DNA from: Candidatus Buchananbacteria bacterium
GTDB taxonomy: Bacteria; Patescibacteriota; Patescibacteriia; 2-01-FULL-39-33
DNA length: 64,000 nt
NCBI GenBank assembly: GCA_903888345.1
Contig: CAISTG010000061.1
Span: 18,512 to 82,511, forward strand
Direction of reading: 5' to 3'
A program made the position numbers and the translations under genes. Of this stretch, positions 53,494 through 62,421 are shown one piece after another (position 1 is the first letter of the stretch; each line of letters starts with the position of its first letter). The notes under the pieces are model-generated. The model worked only from the letters and a program-made list of their open reading frames with translations, ran no database searches and had not been told where the DNA came from.

Positions 53494-55764
53494 TTAAAAA
53501 TCTAAATCAATCTGATAAATCTTGCCGGCCTTAAAGATCCAAGCCTTTTTTTCTTTGTATTGAGCAGCAAAAGCGGAAGAGGAAACAAATTGATTGGCGG
53601 CATATTGTTTTTTGAGGACGCCAGCCTTATCAAAAACAATCAATTTGCCAAGTTGGCCGTCCAAGAACCAGTTATAATTGTCGACTTCACTCGACATAGC
53701 AATAGTGGAAGAGGCGAGTGGTGGATCAACTAAAGGTGAGATAGTAGTGGGATTTTTGAGCAGGAAGTATTCTTTTGCGGGCTTACTAATTTTAGTGGCA
53801 GAATTCTTAGCAACGTCGTATTTGTAATAGTCTCCAGATTTTGCTTGCAATAATAAACTCTTGTCATCGATGGCAGTTAATTTTTTGATAGTCGGCAAAC
53901 TACTGGTGCGTAACTCTAATTTATCAGTTAGCGTATCGACGCGCAATAAATTACGATTGGCGTTATCGAAAACCCAAAACACTTTAGCTGTTCGAGCCAT
54001 ACCAACTAATTCGCTTAAATTTTGGCTTTTATTGAAATCGGCAAGGAGTTTCGGGTCAGCGATATAAGTGATGCGCTGTAAAGTGTAACTGGTGGTGTTA
54101 ATTTTGTCAGTTAATTGTTGTTTAAGGCTGTTGGTTGATCGTTTAGTCGGGATGGTTGCTAGCAGCTCCTTGGCTTTTTTGATGGCAGCGAGGGCACCAG
54201 CTTCGTCATTGAAGATGTTTTGCGCTTCAGCGGTATTAAGTTGAGTCTCAATATTTTTAGCAATTTGGTCATAGCCTGATCCAGTACCGCTAGCTTGATC
54301 AGTGGATCGTCCGATCATGACGATACTTTGCGAGAAGACGAAGAGCAGAACTAGGGCGGCGACAATGGCAATTTTCTGAGTTCGCCTAAAATTTAAAAAA
54401 ATAACAATTTGACGATTGAGCCAGCGATTAATGTGATCGGTTAGTGACTGGTCTGATATTGAAGGTGATAAATTGGCCGCCTCATCGACGAGAACTTCGG
54501 TTGATGACGCCTGAAGTGTGTCTTGATCGTAGTTATGATCATCTAGCGCTGCAATATTTTCGTTAATGGTCGCTTCAATGGATTCGCTGATTGTTATTGG
54601 GGCTGGATTAACGGTTGGCGTGGAATTATTTAATGTGATGGTTGGCTGGGCGGCTGGTTTGATTTTTATTTTGGCTGCTCTAGCCTTAATAACGCTAGCC
54701 AGGCCCAAGCTGAATTTTTTGGTTTGAATGATTGTTGCTCCAGTAAATTTTTTTAGACCTCCCCAGATTATAATCAATATTTTCTGCCAATTCGGCATTA
54801 GTGATGGGGTTAGGTATTTCTCAGTTTTGACTTGAGTATAAATTAAATGGTCAATTGATTGTTGTGGTTTGATATTCCGCACAACTGCTTGGTCAACCTT
54901 ATGGTTTAGGGTTTGAGTTTCGACTCGGGTTGGCGGTAATGGGGTTGGTGGCATGGTCGGAGCGGGAGAGTGGCGCAGTGGCAACGGCGCGTCAGCACTA
55001 GTTGCTGGTTCACTAATTTTTGTTTGGCGTTGTGACTCGATCTGCTCTAAGGCTGTTGATTCGACTAAAATATCCGGTCGTAAGGCAACAGCGTAAAAAT
55101 TTTTCTTGGCGATTTTTTCTTTAAGTGTCGTATCGATAATTTTTAGGGCTTCAGTGGGTGGGTTGCTGAGGGTGATGTCGGCTAAATCGTTTTGAGCGAA
55201 GTAACCTAAAAACTCTTCGTTAATGAAAATTAAGGCGTCTTTTTCTGAAAGTTCGCCACTTAAAATATTAGCAAAAATCTTTTCCGATTCCGGTTTGAAG
55301 GCTTTTTCTTGGCTACCAGCGAGAATATCAAACAACATTAACTCGGAACTTTTTTTACGACGACTAAAAAGTCCTTTGATGCGTCCGGTCGAAGAAATAT
55401 AAATTTTGTTTTCAAAAATGACGCCTAACACCGCAGAAATATTGCGGCAATCAACTTCTTCAATTGATTGAGTTAAAGCGTTCTGGATTCGGCGGTTTGC
55501 TCTGGCCAGTGCTTCTTCAAAGCGCTTTTCGATGCCGCGCTCTAAATTGTGTGGTGGCAAATAATATTCAGTTTTCAAATCATTGATAGCCTCCAAAAAA
55601 CCGTCAATGAAAGTGTCATTGATGTTGTAAATTTCGATGATGCCAAATAACACTCCAAGCTTTTTGGCTAGGTCTTTTTCTGGCTGAACAATAAAAGAAT
55701 CGCCGATAATGTTGCCGTCGGCTTCTAGGGCCAATTTGGCAGTTTTGATGTTAATTCCTTCCAT
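53494..55764 (-). CDS. Large single-pass membrane protein (756 aa): N-terminal cytoplasmic domain, Pro-rich linker, TM, extracytoplasmic C-terminal domain
   Basis: TM 'IAIVAALVLLFVFSQSIVMIG' near residue 450, Pro-rich 'PLPLRHSPAPTMPPTPLPPT'. No confident family assignment. Confidence 0.4.
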   Translation of the reverse strand: MEGINIKTAKLALEADGNIIGDSFIVQPEKDLAKKLGVLFGIIEIYNINDTFIDGFLEAINDLKTEYYLPPHNLERGIEKRFEEALARANRRIQNALTQSIEEVDCRNISAVLGVIFENKIYISSTGRIKGLFSRRKKSSELMLFDILAGSQEKAFKPESEKIFANILSGELSEKDALIFINEEFLGYFAQNDLADITLSNPPTEALKIIDTTLKEKIAKKNFYAVALRPDILVESTALEQIESQRQTKISEPATSADAPLPLRHSPAPTMPPTPLPPTRVETQTLNHKVDQAVVRNIKPQQSIDHLIYTQVKTEKYLTPSLMPNWQKILIIIWGGLKKFTGATIIQTKKFSLGLASVIKARAAKIKIKPAAQPTITLNNSTPTVNPAPITISESIEATINENIAALDDHNYDQDTLQASSTEVLVDEAANLSPSISDQSLTDHINRWLNRQIVIFLNFRRTQKIAIVAALVLLFVFSQSIVMIGRSTDQASGTGSGYDQIAKNIETQLNTAEAQNIFNDEAGALAAIKKAKELLATIPTKRSTNSLKQQLTDKINTTSYTLQRITYIADPKLLADFNKSQNLSELVGMARTAKVFWVFDNANRNLLRVDTLTDKLELRTSSLPTIKKLTAIDDKSLLLQAKSGDYYKYDVAKNSATKISKPAKEYFLLKNPTTISPLVDPPLASSTIAMSSEVDNYNWFLDGQLGKLIVFDKAGVLKKQYAANQFVSSSAFAAQYKEKKAWIFKAGKIYQIDLDF

Positions 55765-55999
55765 TAGCTGATTAAGTATCTTATTTAGAGCAAAATTAAC
55801 CGCTAACTCCGCTAAATTGGACTTTTAGCGGGAGGCGGTTAGGCGGCGGGGTTTACCCTATATAAATAACGCAATTTTCTGTACATAATTGGCACTAATC
55901 GAATTTGATTAGTCTCTGACGTGTATGTCGTAATTTAATAGGGTTTACAATTGATCATTAATATTATACAATAAATATAAAGATATAGCAAAATAAATT

Positions 56000-56593
56000 A
56001 TGTTGGATAAGTTATTCGGATCGAAAACCAGGGTTTTACTACTGCGGTTATTTTTAAACAATCCCGAGAAGTATTTTTATGTCCGCGAATTGGCGCGTAA
56101 TTTGGAATCACATTTAAATAGTATCCGTCGTGAGTTGGATAATTTAGAAGAAATTGGCATTTTACTTTCGATTGATAAACCGGCAGATGAAGCCGGCGAA
56201 GAAGAGGCCGGTAATCGTAAATATTACAAACTCAACAAAGCTTTTTCTTTTGTTGATGATTTGCAGTCGTTGTTTGTCAAAGCGCATATGCTAACGGAAA
56301 ATACTTTAGCTGATAAGGTGGCGAAATTAGGCGACATTGATTTATTTTTGTTGGCTGGTGCCTTTGTTGGACAATTGGATGCGGCGTGTGATGTTTTAAT
56401 CGTTGGTTCAATTCCGAAACAAAAAGTGCAACGGTTAATTGTAAAATTTGAAAAAGAAATGGCCCGCACACTTAATTATGCTATCATGACTCAGAAAGAA
56501 TTCAGTTATCGCCGTAGTGTGGCTGATAAATTTTTGCTCGATATTTTAGAAAATAAGAACTTAATACTAATTAATCGTTTTAAGGAAGAATAA
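56000..56593 (+). CDS. Winged-helix (ArsR-like) DNA-binding protein with uncharacterised C-terminal domain
   Basis: 'TRVLLLRLFLNNPEKYFYVRELARNLESHLNSIRRELDNLEEIGIL' HTH/wHTH pattern. Confidence 0.5.
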   Translation: MLDKLFGSKTRVLLLRLFLNNPEKYFYVRELARNLESHLNSIRRELDNLEEIGILLSIDKPADEAGEEEAGNRKYYKLNKAFSFVDDLQSLFVKAHMLTENTLADKVAKLGDIDLFLLAGAFVGQLDAACDVLIVGSIPKQKVQRLIVKFEKEMARTLNYAIMTQKEFSYRRSVADKFLLDILENKNLILINRFKEE

Positions 56594-56618
56594 GCAAGTT
56601 CACCAATTAAAAAATACC

Positions 56619-57980
56619 ATGCGTTTTTTATTGAAGTTGCTGCTTTGTTTTGTTGTCGGTGTCTTAATGATGCCGATTTTTGCGTCGGCGCGAACCATGC
56701 CGGAAGTCAAGATATTTGATGTTAATGGCCAGTTAAAGCAAACAGTAAAAATCTTGAATGACGGTTATAATGGTTCGGTTAATTTTGCGGTTGGCGATAT
56801 CTTAGCCGGAGATGCTAAGGAGTTAGTCATTTGTCAGGGGGCGGGAACCAGTACTAAGATTTGGATTTATGATTTAGCCGGCGATGTACTAGAGAGCTTT
56901 TTCCCCTATGGAGAAGGCTTTAACGGTGGTTGCTCGGTGGCTTTGGCAGATAATAATGGTGACTTAAAAGATGAAATTATTGTTGGCGCTGGTGCGGGCG
57001 GTGGCCCACAAGTTAAAGTTTTTAAGGGTAGTTATGAACAACGCAGTTTTTTTGCTTTTGATAAAAAACAGCGCAATGGAGTTAAGATTGCATCAAGAGA
57101 TTTGGGTCACGATGGTCGAGCAGAAATTATAGCTTTTTCTAATTATAATCAAGTGCCCGAATATGATATTTTTGATAATAGTGGAGCTAAGATTGCTGGT
57201 TATAAGCTGTCAGATTTGAATAATAATGGGGTTGATTTGGTGGTGGGTGATTTTAATGGTGATGGCCTGAAAGAAACGGCCTATATTGGTGGTTATGGCA
57301 ATAAATTAGAAATAAAAATTGTTGGTTATAAGAATAAGTTGTTAAAAACAATACCTTATGCCAATGTTGATTTCAGGGGCAGTTTAAATTTGGCGGCAGG
57401 TGACATTAATAATGATGGGCAAGAAGAGTTGGTGGTGACAGAGGGTTATGGCGGCAATGGTCAAGTTAGTATTTATAATTTTGACGGGGTAATTGTTAAG
57501 TCTTTTAAGGCTTTTGATAATTTTTCTGGTGCTTTGGGTGTGGCGATTAATGATATCGATAATGACGGTCGTCCCGAGATAATTATTTTACCAGAACAGC
57601 TCGGCGCCGATTTACAGAATTCAGCCTACAAATTCGCAACTGTTGATTTGACTACACAAACCGCTTTTCGTTATCAAGACGGAAAATTATTGGACACCTT
57701 TTTAATTTCTTCTGGTAAGGCACCGAATCTGACTCCATTAGGAGCTTATGCGGTGACGCGAAAGCGACCTAGTGTCCATATGACTGGTCCCGGCTATGAT
57801 CTGCCAGGGGTGCCCTGGGTAACATCGTTTTTTGGTGCGTTCACTTTTCATGGTACCTATTGGCATCATAACTTCGGTCATCCGATGAGTCATGGTTGTA
57901 TTAATATGAAAACTCCGGAAGCAAAAATTATTTATGATTGGAGTCAGGTGGGGATGCCGGTGATCATCTTTCAAAGTTAA
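56619..57980 (+). CDS. Secreted FG-GAP/VCBS-repeat protein with C-terminal L,D-transpeptidase (YkuD) catalytic domain
   Basis: Signal peptide. Repeats 'GDFNGDGLKE', 'GDINNDGQEEL' and 'NDIDNDGRPEI'. Catalytic 'HGTYWHHNFGHPMSHGCINM' (H...SHGC). Confidence 0.8.
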   Translation: MRFLLKLLLCFVVGVLMMPIFASARTMPEVKIFDVNGQLKQTVKILNDGYNGSVNFAVGDILAGDAKELVICQGAGTSTKIWIYDLAGDVLESFFPYGEGFNGGCSVALADNNGDLKDEIIVGAGAGGGPQVKVFKGSYEQRSFFAFDKKQRNGVKIASRDLGHDGRAEIIAFSNYNQVPEYDIFDNSGAKIAGYKLSDLNNNGVDLVVGDFNGDGLKETAYIGGYGNKLEIKIVGYKNKLLKTIPYANVDFRGSLNLAAGDINNDGQEELVVTEGYGGNGQVSIYNFDGVIVKSFKAFDNFSGALGVAINDIDNDGRPEIIILPEQLGADLQNSAYKFATVDLTTQTAFRYQDGKLLDTFLISSGKAPNLTPLGAYAVTRKRPSVHMTGPGYDLPGVPWVTSFFGAFTFHGTYWHHNFGHPMSHGCINMKTPEAKIIYDWSQVGMPVIIFQS

Positions 57981-57997
57981 AAAATTGATATATCTTA

Positions 57998-58024
57998 AAG
58001 CAGCCGAAGTTAGGCTGCTTTTTA
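57998..58024 (+). terminator. Intrinsic terminator
   Basis: AAGCAGCC-gaagtta-GGCTGCTT followed by TTTT. Confidence 0.65.
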
Positions 58025-58165
58025 GTCTTGACTAAAAAATTTAATTGAGGTATTGTTCTAAATTAGATCTGCTTTGGCAGGCTAGCGTACTTTTAAAAAG
58101 GTCGATCTGGGGTTCTGACATAGGGTTGGAGCGTAGGGGTCGGCTATAATAGAGGAGGACAAAAT

Positions 58166-58915
58166 ATGTCCAAAAAGAGTATGCGAGAGGTTGCCGGTAT
58201 AGTAAGTGCCTTAGGAGTGCTTCAATCGGTCGGCACTAATTTGACCCAACTTATAAGAGATCGCGGCGACGATCCCGATGCCGACATTTATTGGTTGGCG
58301 ACTAAAGGGGGCGAATCTACTTTGGCGAAGATTGCAGATATCATTGTGAATGATGCGAATGAAGCGGCATATTATGCCACCAAAGCATTAGAAAACGGAA
58401 AAGATTCTGAATCGGATTCTTCCATTATTTCTAAATATTTGGCAGGTTCTAAGAAAGTGATAATTAATCATTTAAATGGACTTGCACAAATGATTGAGGG
58501 GTATACTAATCTTAGTCCTAGGGATATAAATGATAAAAATTTCCACGAGTTGAACTTTGGTATTCGTCAAGTCACGGTAGACTTACTTAGTTTCAATCGG
58601 ATGTTCTCCAATACAGGAGAAGTTTTTGATAAACTTAAGGAAGTCAATTGTTGGCTTATCCAGAATGATGCGGGCTATATCTATCGCTTTGCCCAGCCTA
58701 CGGAGATGCTCGCATTTGCCGATAGTCTTACTGAGACGCATCCTGAAAATTTCATGATTGCGGCACTTGGGCGTTTAGCTGCAATTAACTGGAGGCGAAG
58801 CTTTGTTTTTCGGTATAGGTACCTTGGGGTTAACTTTATAAATATCGGAGATTGTAATGATCGCCTTAATCATGATTGGGGTTTTGCGGTTGCGCGTGAA
58901 CCAGTCACTATGTAG
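58166..58915 (+). CDS. Hypothetical protein (249 aa)
   Basis: Clean ORF with a GGAGG Shine-Dalgarno 7 nt upstream and a strong terminator downstream. No recognisable motifs. Confidence 0.45.
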   Translation: MSKKSMREVAGIVSALGVLQSVGTNLTQLIRDRGDDPDADIYWLATKGGESTLAKIADIIVNDANEAAYYATKALENGKDSESDSSIISKYLAGSKKVIINHLNGLAQMIEGYTNLSPRDINDKNFHELNFGIRQVTVDLLSFNRMFSNTGEVFDKLKEVNCWLIQNDAGYIYRFAQPTEMLAFADSLTETHPENFMIAALGRLAAINWRRSFVFRYRYLGVNFINIGDCNDRLNHDWGFAVAREPVTM

Positions 58916-58936
58916 CATTTAAAATGAACCATCTTT

Positions 58937-58965
58937 ACGCGACGAGCTTGGCTCGTCGCGTTTTT
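58937..58965 (+). terminator. Intrinsic terminator
   Basis: ACGCGACGAGC-ttg-GCTCGTCGCGT (11-bp stem) followed by T5. Confidence 0.8.
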
Positions 58966-59046
58966 AAATTATTTTGATAAATTGCCAAATTACCTTATAA
59001 TTGTTAGTATAAAGTCATCATCAGGTTTGATTATTAAGCTAAAACG

Positions 59047-59529
59047 ATGTCAGATAATATGGCTGAAAAATTGAAGTTGAGGTTTGCTGTCGCTGAAGAC
59101 GTTGCTATTATTTTAACCTTTATTAAAGAGTTGGCTGTTTATGAGGAATTATTGAATCAGGTTACGGCGACCGAAGAAATATTAAGTAATTCTTTATTTA
59201 TTGAAAAGAAAGCTGAAGTAGTAATTGCTGAATATAATAATGAGCCAGTTGGTTTTGCTTTATTCTTTCATAACTTCTCAACCTTTTTGGGTCGGCCCGG
59301 AATTTATTTGGAAGACTTATATGTTCGACCGGAGAGGCGCGGCCAGGGGATTGGCAAGGCTTTGTTGGAATATTTATTACAATTAGCTAAAGAAAGAAAT
59401 TGTGGTCGCTTAGAGTGGTGGTGTTTGGATTCTAATAACTCAGCGATTGAATTTTATAAAAAAAGTGGGGCTGTGCCAATGAGTGATTGGACGGTTTATC
59501 GAATAACTGAAGAAAAATTTAACCAATAA
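59047..59529 (+). CDS. GNAT-family N-acetyltransferase
   Basis: 'RGQGIGKALLEYLL' acetyl-CoA-binding motif A. Confidence 0.75.
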   Translation: MSDNMAEKLKLRFAVAEDVAIILTFIKELAVYEELLNQVTATEEILSNSLFIEKKAEVVIAEYNNEPVGFALFFHNFSTFLGRPGIYLEDLYVRPERRGQGIGKALLEYLLQLAKERNCGRLEWWCLDSNNSAIEFYKKSGAVPMSDWTVYRITEEKFNQ

Positions 59530-59538
59530 TTAAGTATT

Positions 59539-60021
59539 ATGAATCGAGAACACTTGCCCAGCAGCGAACAGATGAGCGAAAATAAAAAACATTTACTGGA
59601 ATTAGAACAGTCTGGCAATTTTGTGTTTCATGGTTCTCCGGTCATGATTGAATCTTTGACTCCGCGTCAGGCCTATAAAAGCAACAAAGAAACCGGGATG
59701 ATGGATGCCGATGGTAATCCGGCAGTTTTTGCTACGCCTTTTGCTGAGGTGGCAATATTTCGGTCGCTGATTAATGGCGATTATGTGGCTAGTGAATCAA
59801 CTAGTAGATTTGGTCTCAATGATGTGGGCCCGTATTTTTCCGCTTCACAGAATTTATTAGACCAGGCGGAAGAACGGATTGGACATATTTATGTTTTGGC
59901 CAAAAATAAATTTGGCGACTTAGAGGGAATGCAGTGTCGCAGCGAAGAAGAAATTATTCCGATTGAAGTTATTGATGTTACGGCTCAAGATTTGCCCAAA
60001 AATATCAAAACGATTGAATAA
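59539..60021 (+). CDS. Hypothetical protein (160 aa)
   Basis: ORF only. 8-bp spacing from the upstream GNAT gene suggests co-transcription. Confidence 0.35.
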   Translation: MNREHLPSSEQMSENKKHLLELEQSGNFVFHGSPVMIESLTPRQAYKSNKETGMMDADGNPAVFATPFAEVAIFRSLINGDYVASESTSRFGLNDVGPYFSASQNLLDQAEERIGHIYVLAKNKFGDLEGMQCRSEEEIIPIEVIDVTAQDLPKNIKTIE

Positions 60022-60028
60022 AAATATT

Positions 60029-60439
60029 ATGATTTTAATTATTAACACTGTTCCCCGTGATCATTTTTCTATTCTGTTGGCACGTAAGGCGGGGGAATTC
60101 AAATTGAAAAAAGTTGCTGGCAACTTTCATCAGGCAGAAAAATTACTACCAACCATTGATGCTTTACTCAAAAAAGAAAAGTTAAAGTTGAAAGACTTAC
60201 GCGCCATTGGTGTCGTGGTCGGACCAGGTGGCTTTACTTCGGTGCGGGTTGGCGTAGCTGTCGCTAATGGTTTGGGTTACGGTTTAGGTTTACCAATTAT
60301 TGGCGTGCGGGCTGATGCTTTTACGAATGAAGCTGAGTTAGTCGCTAGAGTGTTTGCTGATCTCAAGAAAAGCAATCAGAAAAAGTTGGTTGAACCGATT
60401 TATGATCGTGAGCCGAATATCACAATAGCGAAAAAATAA
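60029..60439 (+). CDS. tsaB: tRNA threonylcarbamoyladenosine biosynthesis protein TsaB (short form)
   Basis: 'AIGVVVGPGGFTSVRVGVAVANGLGYGLGLPIIGV' YeaZ/TsaB motif. Start placed at the ATG at 60029. Confidence 0.7.
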   Translation: MILIINTVPRDHFSILLARKAGEFKLKKVAGNFHQAEKLLPTIDALLKKEKLKLKDLRAIGVVVGPGGFTSVRVGVAVANGLGYGLGLPIIGVRADAFTNEAELVARVFADLKKSNQKKLVEPIYDREPNITIAKK

Positions 60440-60470
60440 GTTAAAAAAATTAAATTTGAGAATAAAAATG

Positions 60471-60500
60471 GCGCGGAATTTCTTCCGCGCTTGTTGTGTT
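60471..60500. terminator. Bidirectional intrinsic terminator
   Basis: GCGCGGAA-tttc-TTCCGCGC followed by TTGTTGTGTT, between convergent tsaB (+) and the minus-strand repeat-protein gene. Confidence 0.7.
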
Positions 60501-61581
60501 ATTTCATTAGTTCATATACTCTAGCGATGGCCTTGAGCCTGGCCTCGCTGTTTTGTGGCGTCTGCCTGAAGGCAGCGTGTGCTTGCTCCACAGTGGCACT
60601 GAAATCGATTAATTTTTCCAGTGCGCGTTCTGGCCCGTCCGGTAACCGATTAATATCGCACCGGCTGTGCAGTTCCTCAGCATCTTGGAAGGAAGTGATG
60701 GCCGACAGGCATTTTTCAAAAACCTGTTTCCAGTAGTTGTCACCTTCATCATCCCAAGTTCCATTGATGTTATCGTTTTCAAACATCTCCATTGCCTGAT
60801 CGAAGGTGGCGAGTTCCAAGGATCTTTTAAGTACGGCCCCCCGATTGTTGCATTGGCAGAAGTCGAACAAGTCCCAGGCTTCTTCGAAGGTGCATAACTG
60901 TAAGCACTTTATCAAAGACGCTTGCCCGATCCAGCCAGCACTTGTCCTGAATACCCAGCGGAAATCTTCGGCGGTTTTGGCAAGTTTAAAGCAATGATCC
61001 AGGATAGTTTGTGTCTGATGAGAGTCCCTGTCTCGAACCTTCTCATATGCCGCGCAAGCTTCCTTAAAGGATTTGCAAAGCGTAAAGCATTTCTTCAGTT
61101 CTTCGCGCTGAAAGTCATTGATTTCGAAAATGCTCATGCAGGTGAAGCAAAACAATTTGGCATAGGCCTCCCAGTAGTCTTCAAAAGTGACGCAGAACAA
61201 AGCCCATTTTTTGTAAGCCTCGTATTTCGAATCATACGGAGCGTCCTCGAAGGCTTTTTTGGCTGATTTCAAGTCAGTGGCCGCATCAATCTCTTGTTCT
61301 GAGAGCGATTTCCATTTTTCTTTGAGTGCTTCGCGCAAGGCGGGATCGGTTTTCAATCGGCCATTGTCAAGTGCTTCTTCAATTTCTGCGATCGTTTTAT
61401 GAAAGGAGGCTAAATGCTCAGCCGCTATTTTTTTGGCGTTGCTTCCCTCAGCCGTTTTACTAAAGATTACTTGTGCCTCTTCAAAGTTGCGGCCACCATC
61501 AGGAAAAACGGCAGCCATGGCTTCATATAGGGAAATACCCAAGAGATTAGCCGTTTGCCTGACCTTTTCAACTGTCGGCAT
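60499..61581 (-). CDS. Novel alpha-helical repeat protein (360 aa), GC-elevated
   Basis: At least six roughly 35-aa units built on '(T/S)FE(E/D)xW..F' cores (TFEDYWEAY, TAEDFRWVF, TFEEAWDLF, TFDQAMEMF, SFQDAEELH, TVEQAHAAF) with Cys-rich helices. Visibly higher GC than flanks. Confidence 0.5.
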   Translation of the reverse strand: MPTVEKVRQTANLLGISLYEAMAAVFPDGGRNFEEAQVIFSKTAEGSNAKKIAAEHLASFHKTIAEIEEALDNGRLKTDPALREALKEKWKSLSEQEIDAATDLKSAKKAFEDAPYDSKYEAYKKWALFCVTFEDYWEAYAKLFCFTCMSIFEINDFQREELKKCFTLCKSFKEACAAYEKVRDRDSHQTQTILDHCFKLAKTAEDFRWVFRTSAGWIGQASLIKCLQLCTFEEAWDLFDFCQCNNRGAVLKRSLELATFDQAMEMFENDNINGTWDDEGDNYWKQVFEKCLSAITSFQDAEELHSRCDINRLPDGPERALEKLIDFSATVEQAHAAFRQTPQNSEARLKAIARVYELMK

Positions 61582-61683
61582 AGTTTGATCCTTTCGATTT
61601 TTTGTTAATTGTTAAGGGGCGATTATTGGCCTCAATGGCCGATTTTTAATTATGTCATAGCCAATTTATAATGTCAATGGTTC

Positions 61684-61771
61684 TGTGGATAACTTAAGGT
61701 GGTTTTTAAAATCTCAGGATTAACGGGTGTGGATAACTTTTTAACTAGCTCTTGCTGAAAAGATATCCACA
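61684..61771. promoter_or_regulatory. Cluster of three DnaA-box-like 9-mers
   Basis: TGTGGATAA at 61684-61692 and 61728-61736 (reverse complement of TTATCCACA, perfect). ATATCCACA at 61763-61771 (one mismatch, opposite orientation). Confidence 0.55.
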
Positions 61772-61849
61772 ACCCAGCAACCGATCTTAATAAATGCCCA
61801 TAATTGGGCATTTTTTTAAATGTTGAAAAATACCTAATTTAGGTTGCTT

Positions 61850-61897
61850 AGTGGTGGTCAGTGGTGTATACTTATAGCAGAGTGGTGAAAAGTGGTG
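61850..61897 (+). promoter_or_regulatory. Four helically phased AGTGGTG direct repeats (candidate MraZ operator) upstream of mraZ
   Basis: AGTGGTG at 61850, 61860, 61881 and 61891 (spacings 10, 21, 10 bp), about 100 bp upstream of the mraZ ATG. Confidence 0.55.
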
Positions 61898-61992
61898 AAT
61901 TTCCGGATTTTATTTTTTGAGAGCAGTAGTTATTTTATCAGTAAAAATGATAACTTTTAACTTTATAAACTTTATAAACTTTTAACTCTATC

Positions 61993-62421
61993 ATGTTCAT
62001 CGGTCAGTATTCCCACAATTTGGATGAGAAGGGGCGTGTGGCGGTACCCGCAAAGTTTCGTACTCAACTCAAAAGTGCTGTAGTTACCAAAGGTTTGGAT
62101 AACTGCTTGTTTTTGTATCCGCAAAAAGAATGGGACAAGATGGCCAAAGAAATTTCTGAGTTACCGATTGATAAATCTGGCAATCGTGCTTTTTCTCGCG
62201 CGATGCTCGCTGGCGCGATGGAACTTGAATTTGATAAACAAGGCAGAATTATCTTACCTGAATATTTAAGAACTTTTGCTGGTCTCGCTAAAAATGTAAT
62301 CATTGCTGGCTTATATAATCGCTTGGAAATTTGGGATGAAAAGAAATGGAATGCTTATCAGGCTGACAGTGAGAAAAATTATAATCAAATTGCCGAAGCG
62401 TTGGGGGATATTAAAAAATAA
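61993..62421 (+). CDS. mraZ: Transcriptional regulator MraZ
   Basis: 'MFIGQYSHNLDEKGRVAVPAKFR' and a second half '...DKQGRIILPEYLR' form the duplicated MraZ fold. Confidence 0.9.
   Translation: MFIGQYSHNLDEKGRVAVPAKFRTQLKSAVVTKGLDNCLFLYPQKEWDKMAKEISELPIDKSGNRAFSRAMLAGAMELEFDKQGRIILPEYLRTFAGLAKNVIIAGLYNRLEIWDEKKWNAYQADSEKNYNQIAEALGDIKK

Noticed and set aside
58145-58150. TATAAT hexamer 16 nt upstream of the 58166 start as the -10 element
   Set aside because: A transcript starting from it would begin inside or after the GGAGG Shine-Dalgarno sequence. The hexamer is more likely a chance match in AT-rich DNA. The real promoter is probably the TTGACT-containing region near 58030.
61850-61897. 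AGTGGTG repeats as a CRISPR or minisatellite array
   Set aside because: The units are only 7 nt with 3-14-nt non-uniform spacers and no cas genes. The phasing and position fit a transcription-factor operator instead.
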